Below, one piece after another: positions 12,432-26,068 of a DNA stretch of 64,000 nt (its first letter is position 1; each line of letters begins with the position of its first letter). Source of the DNA: Tubiluchus corallicola (Eukaryota > Animalia > Priapulida); NCBI GenBank assembly GCA_030141605.1, contig JAQGDQ010000674.1, forward strand, positions 1 through 64,000, given 5' to 3'. The notes below the pieces were generated by a model, which was given only the letters and a program-made list of their open reading frames with translations, was not told where the DNA came from and ran no database searches. A program made the translations under genes and the position numbers.

Positions 12432-15400
12432 CTACTCGTCGTCTTCAATTCTAGGGCGTCGGCCGTGTCCCTAAAAACAAAAGTGATCGTTAAGAATCAC
12501 AAATTAAATGATAGTACAAATTACAGTACTTTTGTTTGTTTGCTAAGTGGTGTGGTACAACTATCAAGTGCTGCAGTTACTGTGAGACCATGTAAATTTG
12601 AAACATTTTTCCTGTAGGAATGTTTGAATATTGTAATTTTTGAAGAAAGACGTTGCTATTCAGAAAATTTCCACGGCCTGAGAAAACATCAGTTTTATTG
12701 GTAAAAAGAAGACTTTGTTTTGATAAACTATTATTTAAAATTTTTCATGTTTTTTAACTGATCGGAATTTATAAGTTATAAGTTTATTTATTTCCACTCT
12801 GCATCTAACAGTTATAATAAAAATACAGATAGTTTCACTGAATAAATATAAATATAAATGCAATATTATCCAGAAATTACAAAAGAGATTCTTATGCAGC
12901 ATGTACATGAGCAAATTACATTACAGAGTAATTTTGATGCATACAGTTTGAGCCTAAAAGCATAGCTTGACAGGCCAAACTGTACGTGGAAATCTTAAAG
13001 AAAGTATTAATAATTGAAATAATGATAATATATACATAAAAGTGGGGGGGGGGGGAAGTAGTGAATGAAAGATGAAATGGAGCGAGAACTAAGAAAAACT
13101 GTGATCATGATTATAAGGTGTTCAGTAACCTGTTGAGCATAGTCACGTTTTATTAAGATTACTATGGAAAAGAATGCAGGTGATTACCATTATGAAATTG
13201 TGTTACTCTCAATACTTTTGAAATATTTCTTTTCTGTCGATTTTTTTAAAAGTTGAAAGGGAGTGACTACATTTTGAATTGCGGCTTAGTCTATTCCATA
13301 GGACTGGTCCCATATAGCTAATGAAATGTTTCGCCATATTTGTAGACAGGCAGAATAGTTTTGAATCAATGGCTAAATGTATAACCATTAGAACTTCCTA
13401 GTGAATTTTTAGAATTAGATAAAAAATTTTAAAAGTCGTTCAAGATTGACTTTTTAAGTCAGTTCAAGTATGTGGAAGGAACAGTGCAACATGGTTGGGT
13501 TGTTCCAGTGGAGCAGGTATTGATCGTTTAAAGCAAAAACCGGATATAATCCTATACTGTTGATCAAAACAATCTACTTTTTAAAAAAAATTGAAAGGAA
13601 ATGACTTACGTGAAAGAGTTATTACCGCACAAACACAATTTCGTGTTTGCGCCACTAGTTCTTTGCTGCTACATGCATTTCGCCATTCACTAGATAGACG
13701 GGCTTTCAGAAATCTTATGCATTGCACAAAAATAGGTGCTGTACCTTTCTGTTCAGATGTGTTACTTTGTGATGCACTACACACGTTCGACAGCTCATGC
13801 AGTGATAAATTTGAAATGTGAATTTTACCTTAAAACTTGCCTAGTTTTAGTACAAGACACTGAATATCTTACACTAGCACTGTATTTTAATTTTCGCTTT
13901 CGCAAACACGTGCAACACGCTTGTGGAATATTTTTGCTGTTGAAAATAATGTTAGTTTGTGATGTCATCAATAATTAGGCTCGCCCGCCGTTAATGTAGT
14001 TTTTAATCTCTTATTCAATTATTAGAAACGCTTTTGCAGTATTAATTGTGTTAAACTTTTCATCAGACTTGAAAATTAGGTAGTATATGAAAAATCAACC
14101 TGTTTTCCTTTAACCATATGTACTTACGGATGCTCCGCTTCGAGCTGCAAGCATTCCGCCGGATCGAGCTTGTGCTCGTAGCTTTGCCAGACCAGTTTCT
14201 GCATCATCTGCTCGAGCTTCAGCTTCCTCTAGCTCCACCTGGGCCTTGCGGAATTTGGCAAGATTCATGTTAGCCACCTCTTCAGCTTCCTCTATCTGTT
14301 TCTTGTACATCTTGATCTTGCCGTTCAGCTTCTCGATCATGTCTTGCAGATGTTGCTGTGCCTTCTTGTCTTCCTCAACCGTGTACTGAAGTTCCTTGAT
14401 GCGACGGTCACTTTGACGATTCTTCTTCTGCATTTCGCTAAAGCGGCGCTGTTCGTTTTCTAGCTCTCCCTCCAGGCTGCGACAGCGCTGCTCTAGTTTA
14501 GCGATCAGCTTCTTTCCTCCCTTTAGCATATTTGCCTCTGCCTCGTCAAGTCGCACCTGTAAGTCCTTAATTTGTTGTTCCATGGATTTGCGGACTTTTT
14601 CCAGGTTGTTCGAATGATCCTGTTCGACACGCAACTCTTCGGCCAGTCTAGCTGCATCGGCAATTGCGGTCATCGATTTTTCATTGGCAGTTTTTAGCTC
14701 GCTGTGAGTTTCGTCCAAATCGGCTTGTATTGTAGTGATATCACCCTCCAATTTTCTCTTTGCCTGACTAACAGACGTTACCTGTGCAGAAAGGTCATTG
14801 ATACGATCATTTGTTTCGTTAAGTTCTCCCTGGACGGCACGTCGGTTTCGCTCTGATTGATCGAGTGAGGAGCGCACTTCCTCAAGCTCTGAAGATATGG
14901 CATTGCATCGATGCTCGCTAAGATTTAATTGTTCTCGTACTTCTTCCCTCACCCGTTGTTCCTCTTCTATCTGGTTCTCAAGATCGTGGATGTGTGCTTG
15001 AAGCTTCTTGATGGTCTTCTGTGCATCTGCATTTTGACGATTGGCCGAGTCAAGCGATACTTCTAGTTCGTTAATGTCACTTTCGAGTTTCTTTTTCATT
15101 TTCATAGCTTCCATCTTGCCACGGGATTCTGCCTCCAGACTAGCTTGCATGGAGTCGATGGCACGTTGGTGATTCCTACGCGTTGTCTCAAATTCCTCAT
15201 CTTTCTCGGCTAGACGTCTGTCAATTTCTTGTCTCAGTTGTTGAACTTCCAAAACGCCTCGCACCACTTTCTGTTCCTCCGTCTCTAGTGCTGCTTCAGC
15301 CTCTTCTAGTGCTGATTGTAGTTCGTCTTTTTCCAGTTCAAGACGTCTTCTTGCTTTATCAAGTTCGTGCACACTTTTGCCTCCTTCACCTAGCTGATCT

Positions 15401-18400
15401 GTCAAATCTTTTATCTCATCTGTCAGATTTTTGACTTCCCTTTTCAAATGTTCTGCCACATCCTGTGCATCGGCTTCAATGGCTTTTGATTTAAATAGTT
15501 CAGTGGAGATGCCGCGGCACTCTCTCTGCGATGCTTCCAGTTCCGAAGAAAGATCGTCGGTTTTTTGTTTCCATTCTGCAATTGTCTTGTCAAAGTTGCG
15601 TTGACGCTTCTCTGCTGCACTAGCCAGTGCAGTTGCTCTCTCTACCTCAATAGACATGTCTTCCAAGTCATTGCTAATACGAGCTTTGGCCTTCTCCAAG
15701 GAAGCAATTTTTGCCATGGCTGCCTCAAGTTGGTCGGCAGAGTCAGCAAGTTTTGCCTGCATCTTTCTCCTGTAAGCAACAAAAGCACCATTTCATCAAT
15801 GTCAATATGCACATGACTAAAACTATTTTGAGAGGTGGCTTATACAAATAACTTATATTTCTCTATAAAGTTTTGCATTGCACCGAATTGCCTCACAACA
15901 TTCTCACTTACTTGATTTCTTCTGCTTCTAGTCCACCACCGCCAAGTCCTTCACTTTCCACACGCGTGCGTAGGGCATTGTAGTCACTGGTCATCTTGGC
16001 GAGTTGTCGCTCCACCGCAGACTTAGCGTCCGATTCTTCTTCGAGCTGCTCCTTGGCTTGATCCAAATCATGTTGGCAGTTTCTTAATTGACCTTGCAGG
16101 TTGATCTTCAGCTGTAAAAGATATCCAAAGGCCATATATGTGAACCTTCCCTACATCTATCTTACATATTTACGACTTGTTTTAGTTAAATATTCCAGCG
16201 GCCAATTAGTTTTAGCAAAACAAGTTAAAAATTTTTATAGTGCAAAATGCTTTTACAGACAACATTTCCTCCTAAGAACTGCAAATCTGTCAAAGTAAAG
16301 CATTCGTCAATGTAACCAACCCTAGTTTCTTCCTCAGCTGTGGTCCTTGCCTCTGCTGCCGTAGCTTGCAACTGAGCCTTCGCTCTGTTCAGCTGATTGA
16401 TCTGAGACTCGTTGTCCTCCACTTGTCGCTGGAGTTCGTTCACTTCATTATTAAGCCGTCCCTTCTGCCCTTGCAGGTCTGTTATTGTGCGTGTCGATTC
16501 ATCAAGTCTGGCATTTGCCTCGGACAGCTGACCTTCGAGAGTTTTGACCAGTCTCTCCACTTGATCCTGCGAAATGAAGAAACTGATTTTTGATGCAACA
16601 GTATAAACTGAATTTGTATGTAACAACAGTCATTACGATATGATGCCATGATTAGATTGATACTAACTACTCTGGTAAACCATGAAGGAGTGAAGAATTT
16701 TACCTTATTTTTTCTCAGTTGATCCATGTTTGCTTTCAGATCGTCATTTTCGTTTTTAGCTTGTCCTCTTTCTTTTTCAACCCTGCAATGAACGTGCTCA
16801 GTGTGAATAAGTTGTAAAATCTCTAAAATAATGTAGTCGTATGTTGAAATTTCTCCTATGTTTAGCATTTTTGTATGAGCAATAAGTAGAATTTATACAT
16901 CATTTTACTCGAAGATATTCTTGGCAAATGATTGGTGGATAATTCTTTTTGGTGGAACAGATGCATAGACATGATTTCGGAAAACTTGCCTTAAAGCTCT
17001 AATGCCAGACATCAAAAAATTACAATGCTCTAGCCTGATAAATCGGCCCCGCATATCTCTATGATGGATCTATGGTTGTTTAATGCTTATATATGCATCA
17101 TACAGTGCAGCAGATAATTACTTGTGGTGTGTTAATGGCACTGTTACACTAATTACTTAGTTCCTGTTATTTACTGGTATTTGCTTAGCTCTTATACCGA
17201 AACAGCCCGCATAACTGCTTGTGGTGTAGTACCTATGGCGCTTGTATAATACTGGGCAAAGTAACTGCTTGTGGTGTGTTATAAAATATGCACTTATGTG
17301 CAGTATGAGAAGATGCACGTTTTCCGAGGAAAATATGCATCTTAACACTGGCCCCAAAATCCGATGTCCTTCAAAATTTGGCCAAAGTTAGTCTATTGGA
17401 CTTTTGCGTAATGTAATCTCGTGTAATCTTGTGTAAGACAACTGTTATTAGTCTTGCACTGTAAAATGAATTAGCGCTACGTACGATAATTAAATTTCTA
17501 CCTGGCCCTTGCTTTTTGTGCCTGATCAAGCTGCTCTCCAAGCTCTGCTATGACGTCATTGTGCTTCTTGCGAAGGGAGGAAACTATTGCTTCGTGCTCT
17601 AGAGCCGACTCTTCCAGGTCACGTCGCAGCTTTGACAATTCTGCTTCCCGCTTTTTGTTCAGCTCTACTTGGGCTGTGGTAGCGCCGCCAGCTTCTTCTA
17701 GACGTTCTGTTGTTTCTTCTATTTCTCGCGAGAGATCTGCTCGCTGTTTTTCCACCTTGGCACGTGACATTCTCTCCGCTTCTAATTCCTCCTCTAGTTC
17801 TTCTATTCTAGTCTAAATGAATTAAAATTGCAGGTTAACACGGCCATTTAAATTGTACTTTTAAATGTTTTTATTGGTGTTTTTTGAGCGTCTATAAACA
17901 ATACATGGTCAAAAATATGAAACAATTTCCCACATACGTTACTCTATATTTGAAACTGGCCTACTAGTATTGCATGCCTTCATAATAAAAATCTTCATCA
18001 TCCATATCCTCTTATATATAAAATGACAGTATACAGGGAGGTGTCGAATAAAAATATATCAGTTTAACTCAGTTTTAAAATAAATACCTGACGATTAGGG
18101 GTGAGCATTCTCTACCAGAAAGCGAATTCGAATCGAACCAAATTTGTGACTTTCGAATTCGAATCGAATCGAACTTCAGTGTTTCGAATTCGAACCGAAT
18201 TTGAATTGAGATTGAACGGTTTTCGAACAAGTTTTCGAACCACCAGTAAAAAATAGTCTTACAAAGATCATATGTATCACTAGCTTTTGTTCTACAATAA
18301 AACCACTAGTAATTTGTTTAAAATTGTGCACAGAAATCACTGCTAATTTATGCTAATTGCATGATGTTTCAATCGTTTTAGTGATCAGGAACATATGTGA

Positions 18401-18573
18401 TTGAAGTGCTGAATTATTCGAATCTATAGTTTTGGATTCGAATCGAGTTCAAACTAAAAAAACTCGTCCGAATCGAATTCGAACTGGAACGTTCGATGCT
18501 CACCCCTACTGATGATTCACTACAGGCTCACACCTAAATTAATTACATAAATCCGGTTATATAAAGAATCCTG

Positions 18574-18612
<39 letters not shown>

Positions 18613-21600
18613 CAATAAAAGAGTATTGACCAGATTAGTCTCTTCCACCTAGTCCATCTTATTATCTTACCTGAAGTTCTTTGATCTTTTTCTGCAACTG
18701 GTGAGCTGCACTCTGTTCATCCTCAATTTTACTATTTAATGAGGCCATGTCTTTATCCTTCCTGCGCGCAGCTTCCTCTAACTCTTTCCTTGCTCTCTCC
18801 AGATCTTCCACAGCCTCCTGTGTCATCTTCAGATCTCCTTCCACTTTCCTCTTGGCTTTCTCGGTGTCGCCTCGAATTTTCTTCTCTCGTTCCAGGGAGT
18901 CTTCTAGCTCATCAAGAGATTGCTCTAACTTGGCTTTGACTTTATTCAAGTGATTCACTTTATCTTCTTCCTTCTGTAAGTCTTCTTGCAGTCGCTGTAA
19001 GACGGATGTAATACATCTGTCATTATCATCGTTAATAAACATGGATAAAAGCTACACACATCAGCTGTGACGTGCTCTTATCTATGGTTTATATTTTAAT
19101 GTTTGTGCTCACTAAGGTTTCCCCTCACTGTTTTTAGCGGGCAAGCCACGAGGCGTTACATCATCTAGACTTATCATGGCAGCAGTCTTTGTGAATAAAC
19201 AGATTAATAAGCAAGAAAGATTTATGAAATCTTTAATAATTTTAATTTGTAAAATGTTCTATAAAGTTTCTAACAATGTTACAAATGTTGCCAAGACGTT
19301 ACAACAGCTATATTGTAAAGACATGGTTAGCTAAGCTTGCAAAAATGTAATAAATGACTTACTGTTACAGTTTCCTGGGCACTTTTCTTCTCCTTGTTTG
19401 TTTTATTAAGCAGCTCTTCTTGACGCAGTATCTCTTCATTTAGCTGGCGAATATTGTGCTCTTTTGAAGCCTTTTCGCTCTCTAATTTCTTGATGTTGCG
19501 GTCTAATCCTTCTATGTTTTCCTTCAGATCTGCAATTTCACTTTCACCTTTTCGTTTTTGTTCGCTCATTGAAGCACTATTTTCTTCTTCCTCTGCCAAG
19601 CGTTCCTTCAGATCTTGTATCTGAGCTTCCATGTCCTGTTTTTGCGAGATGAGTTTTGTGGCCCGTTCTTCAATGTCAGCTATGGTTTCCATGTTGCTTT
19701 GGACTTGAGAATACAGCTCATTCTTTTCTTGTGTCAGCTTCAGTACAGCGGCTTCGGCTTCTGTTCGAATCTTTGTTTCCTTCTCCAGGTTGGTCTTCAG
19801 CTCAGTCATGGTGGCTTCCATCTTCTTTATTTCATCCTCCTGCTTGGCGACGGACAGCAGCGGTTTCACTTTCACGTACAGCTTCCACCATGGCCAGTTA
19901 CGGCACTGGATGTACTTGCGTACGTTGCGCTGGACAACAATCATGCCAAGTCGTTGCGCTTTCATCCTAACAAACTCTTCCCTCATCTGTTTGCCTCGGA
20001 TCCAAGCCTGCACGAGTGTCATGATCCTAGTAATGCGGTCTTCTCGCATCTCTTCCAGTCTACCCAGTGCTCCTGCTTTGAAGAACACCTTTGTGTGACC
20101 AAGTCTGAACTCTGCTGGATCCCATTCGAGAGCAGTGAGCAGACTGCTTGCAATGTTCTTTCCATCAGCAAATCCAGTAGGTATGGCATTTGGCGCCAAA
20201 ATTTGATATCTAAAACAATCAAATGTGTGTTTTTATTAAACTTCCTTACAGGAACTACATTAAAACCTTGTAACAAAAATGAAGTAATTCCAGTTAAACA
20301 TTTTATCTTGTTACTATTTACTCATATTCATCTTCAAAGACATTAAGTCTAGTTTCCAGCAATAAAGTAAATTAAGTAAAAAAATTCTTGAAGTAGTCGT
20401 ATTGCTCACCTGTGCTTAAAGTCTCCATAAAGCAACCTATTGGGGAAGCCCTTGCGGCAAATACGAATGCCTTCTAAAACACCATTACAAGTGAGCTGAT
20501 GCATTGTCAGGGCAGCATCAAGTACTCCACCCTCCTTGTTCTCATTTGGGATGATGCAACGCACAAAATGTGGTGCCGTTGCTCTCAATGTTGTCATTAA
20601 CTTGTTCAGTGACTCCTAGAAGAAGAATTTGCATGAAAAATTAAAAGTATTTGCATTAATCACAAGTTCAAATACTGCACTTTAAAAGCTAAGTGAGTTA
20701 GATTCAGTCGTCTGCTTCCTAAATTGTCTTTTACCTTGTTTTTCTGAATTTCTAATCTAATGGCATCTTACCCGATACAAAGCAGACACTGTGATGAATC
20801 CTGACCCTTTCTTCCGCTTCCCTTTTCCACCTGTGTCTTCCTCTACAACAAGTTTATCCTGAAAGAGGAGTGGTAGAAGTTGACTGTTGTGAGAACGGGC
20901 CATCAGCTCAGCTACGGTGTCATTGAGAGGATCTTTGTTCTTTTCTAACCAACCGGTAATATTATATGGAACTGTGCCAGCATAATGAACGATGCCAAAA
21001 TGAGCTTCTGCTTGGTTGCCTTTTGGAGGCTTTGGCTTGATGAAATTACTGCTCTTGCCCAAGTGGTTGTCCTGTAGTTTTGCTAAAAATGTCTTGTCTG
21101 TTGCTTTTGGGAACATGGATTCTTCTTCAAGGATGGCGAAGATGCCCATTGGTTTTTCAATGAGATCAATACATGCCTGCAAGTCCATGCCAAAATCCAT
21201 GAAGGTCCATTCGATTCCTTCACGCTTATATTCTTCTTGCTCTAGAATGAACATGTGGTGATTGAAGAATTGTTGTAGCTTCTCATTGGTAAAGTTGATG
21301 CAGAGCTGCTCAAATCCATTAAAGTCAAAAATTTCGAAGCCAGCTATGTCCAATACACCGATAAAGAATTGTTTCTTGATTTTAGTAGCAAGCGTGACAT
21401 TGATCCTTTTGACAAGCTGTTTAAAGTTCCTGTCGTACATTGCCTTTGCCAGGGCACCAATGGCGTAGTACACTTGGTCTTTGGTCTGTCCCTTGTTCAC
21501 GTACTCATTTCCCACTTTTATTCTCGGCTTCAACAGTCCCTTGTACAATTCTGCATCATTTACACCCAATAAATGTGCCACTTTTTCCCCGGTCGCTGTT

Positions 21601-23274
21601 CCATCTGCCTCGGCTTGCTCTTCGCGGGGTCTTTGCTTAAACTGCATTGTACCAAAATGAGTAACGCCTGCAACAATCTTGTATATGTCCCACTTTTCGT
21701 CATCGGAAAACCCCAGGATGTCAAATGCCATCTGCAAAATAAACATAATCTGTGACAAATGGTCAGACACACTGTTTATTCTTCTAGTTTATTATTAACC
21801 TGATTTTCATATAATTTCAAAAAACTAAGCTACATAATTTCTGTGCTGTTTGTGATTTTGTTTGTATTATTTTTTGAACTCGCTATTTATCTTTTTTGTT
21901 GAGTTAATTAAACGACACACTTACATCTGTGTCTCTCAACTCTTGAGAATCGTCTACACCATCAATGTAGGTTTTCCCATGACTGCAAAAGGGATAGAAG
22001 TTAATGTCCTCTGTGAGGAGTAGCTTATCTGAAAGAAAATGTAAAGTATATCAAACATGTTTTGTTGTCCCCGCTAAATCACTGTGGTTTATACTTACAG
22101 CCGCAGGCCAGTCGATATAAAACCGGTGCCTTTTCGGACTACCCTGTATGAAGAACTGACAGGATTATGAAAATATGGACTCCTGTGTTACCTTTGAATC
22201 CATCAATTCCACCACTCATCATTTGGTAGAAAATGTGAAAACTTCTTTCTAGTGGTTGCTGGTGGATAACTCGAGACTTTTCAAGCAAATCTAAAAATAA
22301 AAGACTTTATTACGCGAAGTGCTTAAGACGAAAAGCAACAAAACTGTGGCTTGTTTTACATGTGAAAAGAGACTTGTGAATCAGAACTTACATGATTCAA
22401 TGTCAGCTCCTGCGAGTTTTCCACTTGGTCCAAAGTGAATCCGAATAAACTTTCCCTGAAATCAGCAAACTGTATTTAGGGTTTTTTTTTTGCTAATTAT
22501 AAAGCTTATAAAGAAAAAATTCCACGACAACAATGATAACTAACCAGTAATCACTAAATTACTCACAAATCTTGAAGAATTGTCATTTCGCACAGTTTTA
22601 GCATTTCCAAAACTTTCCAGCACAGGATTAGCTTGCACCACTTGGTCTTCTAGAGTACCCTATGGAAACATTGTCAAAATGTAGAGAAAATAAATTGTTA
22701 ACCAATTTTAGTCATTCTATTGATTAATGAACAAAATATGCATAATGTACTGAAACTTTCTTCCTGCGGATAATAAACACTGACCAATGGGCATTAGACT
22801 TTCCCGGTCAAGTATGCTTTTGCTAGATTACATTCTAGGATCTGAAATCTAACAATATCATAACAACAGCAACGTTAGAATTAACTCAACTAGGGTTCAA
22901 CAACATGACATACAGTAAAACTGACAGCCATTTTGTATGCTGAATCGTTTCCCATAAACCTCTCTTGGCAGCAAAGACTTACCCCTTTCGCTCCAAAACC
23001 CTCTGTCTTTTTACTGCCACTGGCAGCAATAAGAGCAAAGTACTGGATAACTTTCTTTGTGTTTTCTGTCTTTCCTGCACCCGATTCTCCTGTTATCAAC
23101 ATGGACTGATCTTCTCGATCTGAAAAGAATAGTAGATCAGTTGAAAACATGACCTACAACCAGGGCCTATTTCTCGGGGCCTCACCCTCCAGAGGGGCCT
23201 CGTGCCAAGGTAACTTTTTTGCTTTATGCGAACATACTGCCTCCTCTCTACCTCCCTCCCTCCCTCCCTCCCTC

Positions 23275-23361
<87 letters not shown>

Positions 23362-25988
23362 CCACACGCATTTGCCAGTATTGACAATTATTAAGGACTG
23401 GTCTTGAGAATTTTTCTTTCAATTGTTCTTTCCTTTAACAATTGTATAACTCCATAGTTTCTCTTCGAAAATGCTTCTCCGGCGTTCTAGCTGTTCAAAA
23501 ATTTTCTGGGCGTCAACCATGGTGGCGCTACACCTCCCCCCCGAGAGGCCTCACACGTCCCATTTCCCCGGGCCTCGCTTATACTGAAATAGGCCCTGCC
23601 TACAACAACAGGGGGTTACTCAAAACGCTGTACCGAAACTATTGATATGTCTTAAAGACATTAAATACTGGCTTAATTCAAACTTCTGATGGGAGCAGGC
23701 GTTGGTGAATTCCAAACTCTTTTGCTTCGAGAACAAATCGCTTCTGGAATACTTACTCATCAGCATGTCGGTGTAAGCGTTGTCGGCAATGGAGTACAGA
23801 TGGGGTGCCATTTCCGACCTCCTCTTGCCTTTGTAATCTTGGATGACTTCATTGTTGTAGATTGGCAGCCTCTTGTAGGGATTTATAACAACACAGAATA
23901 ACCCTGAGTAAGTCTGTAACAAAAGTAAGCAATGCTCCAGAATTGGGCTTAATCATGATAAATGGTAAACTGAAACCACAGGTGAAGACTGGCTTCCACA
24001 GTCCGTTCCCTTTCACCCTCTTCACATGTTGTAAAATCGTTTTGGATGGATCTGATTTGGCTTGACCTTGCAATCCTGATAATCAAATATCTGTTGCCAT
24101 ATTATATTAAGATCACTTTTTTTAATTTTCTAAAGGGTGTCCCCCTTTCCTTCATTAATTATAATAATTTTGTTTAGGACATAGTCCAGGCTAACACCTT
24201 AAGTAACTCGATGCTTATTTTCAAGGTGGTCCCGATTATTATTCCCATATTCTACTTCGGTAAACCTGCTGTGCTTGGTCGAAGAACCAGCGGTACCATT
24301 TGTTAAGTTTTTTGTATGACCTGGTCGGGAATTGAACCCGTGACCTCCCGGGTGGGAAGCGAGTTACCATTGAGCTAGGCCACCCGTTGATCATTCATTA
24401 AATGCCAACAATTTGATCATAGTTCTTTTTGCTGCCACTTTTCATGTTTTTACCGGACTAACCTTGATGCACTACTGCAGCTTATAAATTCTTAAACTTC
24501 CTTAAACTTCTTGTCTGTGGCATTCTTTCTCGGAAATTTAATTCCCTGTTTTAAGATCATCACCAGCTTTAAGAAGACGGTAGATAAGTAGTTCCTGTCA
24601 AGTAGTTATAAGAATTTTGTTTTTCTGGACCCGCAGTCATTTTTTCATTTTAGCTCGATAGCTATTTACGTTGAGTGGTCAATGGCGATTAGGGTCAAAC
24701 TCAAATTAGATTACAGCGTTCAATAAATGAAAAAAAAACAAATAACAAGTTATACACTGTATTGTATTTATGAGGTGTTAAAAGACAAGAAAAGGGGTAC
24801 CGACGTGGGTTTCAGAAAAATCGCCTTAAAATTATATTCCTTTATAGCAACTTTATGCGTGTATCGTATTCGCATTGAAGAGAATTTCTGTTTGTTTTCA
24901 TTTTAAATCTTAGCAATATTGATCCGACCGCGCCATTACATGACGTCATATACGCACAACGTAAATCAGGGGAAGAAAAAGACAATGTTAAACGACATCC
25001 CGAAAAACTTTCCCTGCAAAGTTATATTACTTAGCATTTCGGGCACCTGCTTGAAAAACTTATGTAACTGGAAAAAAATTATCAATTTTCACCAATTGAT
25101 AAAATTTTATTGACTCATCTCCAGGGTGCACCACTCGCTAACGAAAAGCGTATTTTTAATCTTATTGACAAGGTACATTAATTTACAATTTCAGGCCTAC
25201 TTAGCTAATGTCGTGTGTGCTACGAATGCTGTGATTAATGTTTCAAACTTGACTGAGCTTATCTAAACTTATTTTAAAAGACATACCATCAAAATGGCTG
25301 CGTCTAACAGTCATTGTGGGAGTTCAAATTTACAGATTTTATACAAAGTTACTGCCGACGCGAGCTCTGTATGCAAAAAGCAGTATGTAACTGGCATAAA
25401 AATTCAAAACGAATTTTTTAAACTTTACGTAAGTGGAGAGTTTTCTTGTACATTAACTAATAAAAAAAACTACAAGCAATGTGCAGTATGACATACGTAT
25501 ATCATCCAAGCATGGTATCTTTGTCGCAAGTTGTGAAGAACTGAACCCTCATTCAGATACGTCAGATTTGCCATGTCTTCTGTCTTCTCAAACTTTGGAG
25601 GATTCATCTGTTGTACCTGGTCTTCTTTGAACTCTTTGTCCTAGACAGACAATAAAATATGCAAATGTTGTCATAAATGACTAACCAACTGGCTAGCTGA
25701 AGAACTAATTACTACTAACTAGTTACTAGTTGCTACTAGTTAATCAATAATCAAGTAGTCGTACTAATTGGTTGACCGACTGACTCATTAACTGTTCAAT
25801 TAATTAAGAAAGAATAATCGTTACAGACAATCAGCTTTTTCTCTTGTAAAAATAATGATATAATCCACCGTGCTTACAGCCAGGGCCTATTTCAGAGGGG
25901 GGGAGTGGGGATACTTCCCCGGGGCCTCAACCTTCAGGGGGCCTCGCGCCAAGGTAACATTTTTTTTGCTTTATGCGAACATACTGCC

Positions 25989-26068
<80 letters not shown>

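Noticed and set aside
13040-13130. Possible extra alternative last exon of myosin (ctcaacag acceptor)
   Set aside because: Weak polypyrimidine tract and no supporting peptide similarity.
15183-21772. Plus-strand and off-frame ORFs overlapping myosin exons
   Set aside because: Antisense or shadow frames of the myosin coding sequence.
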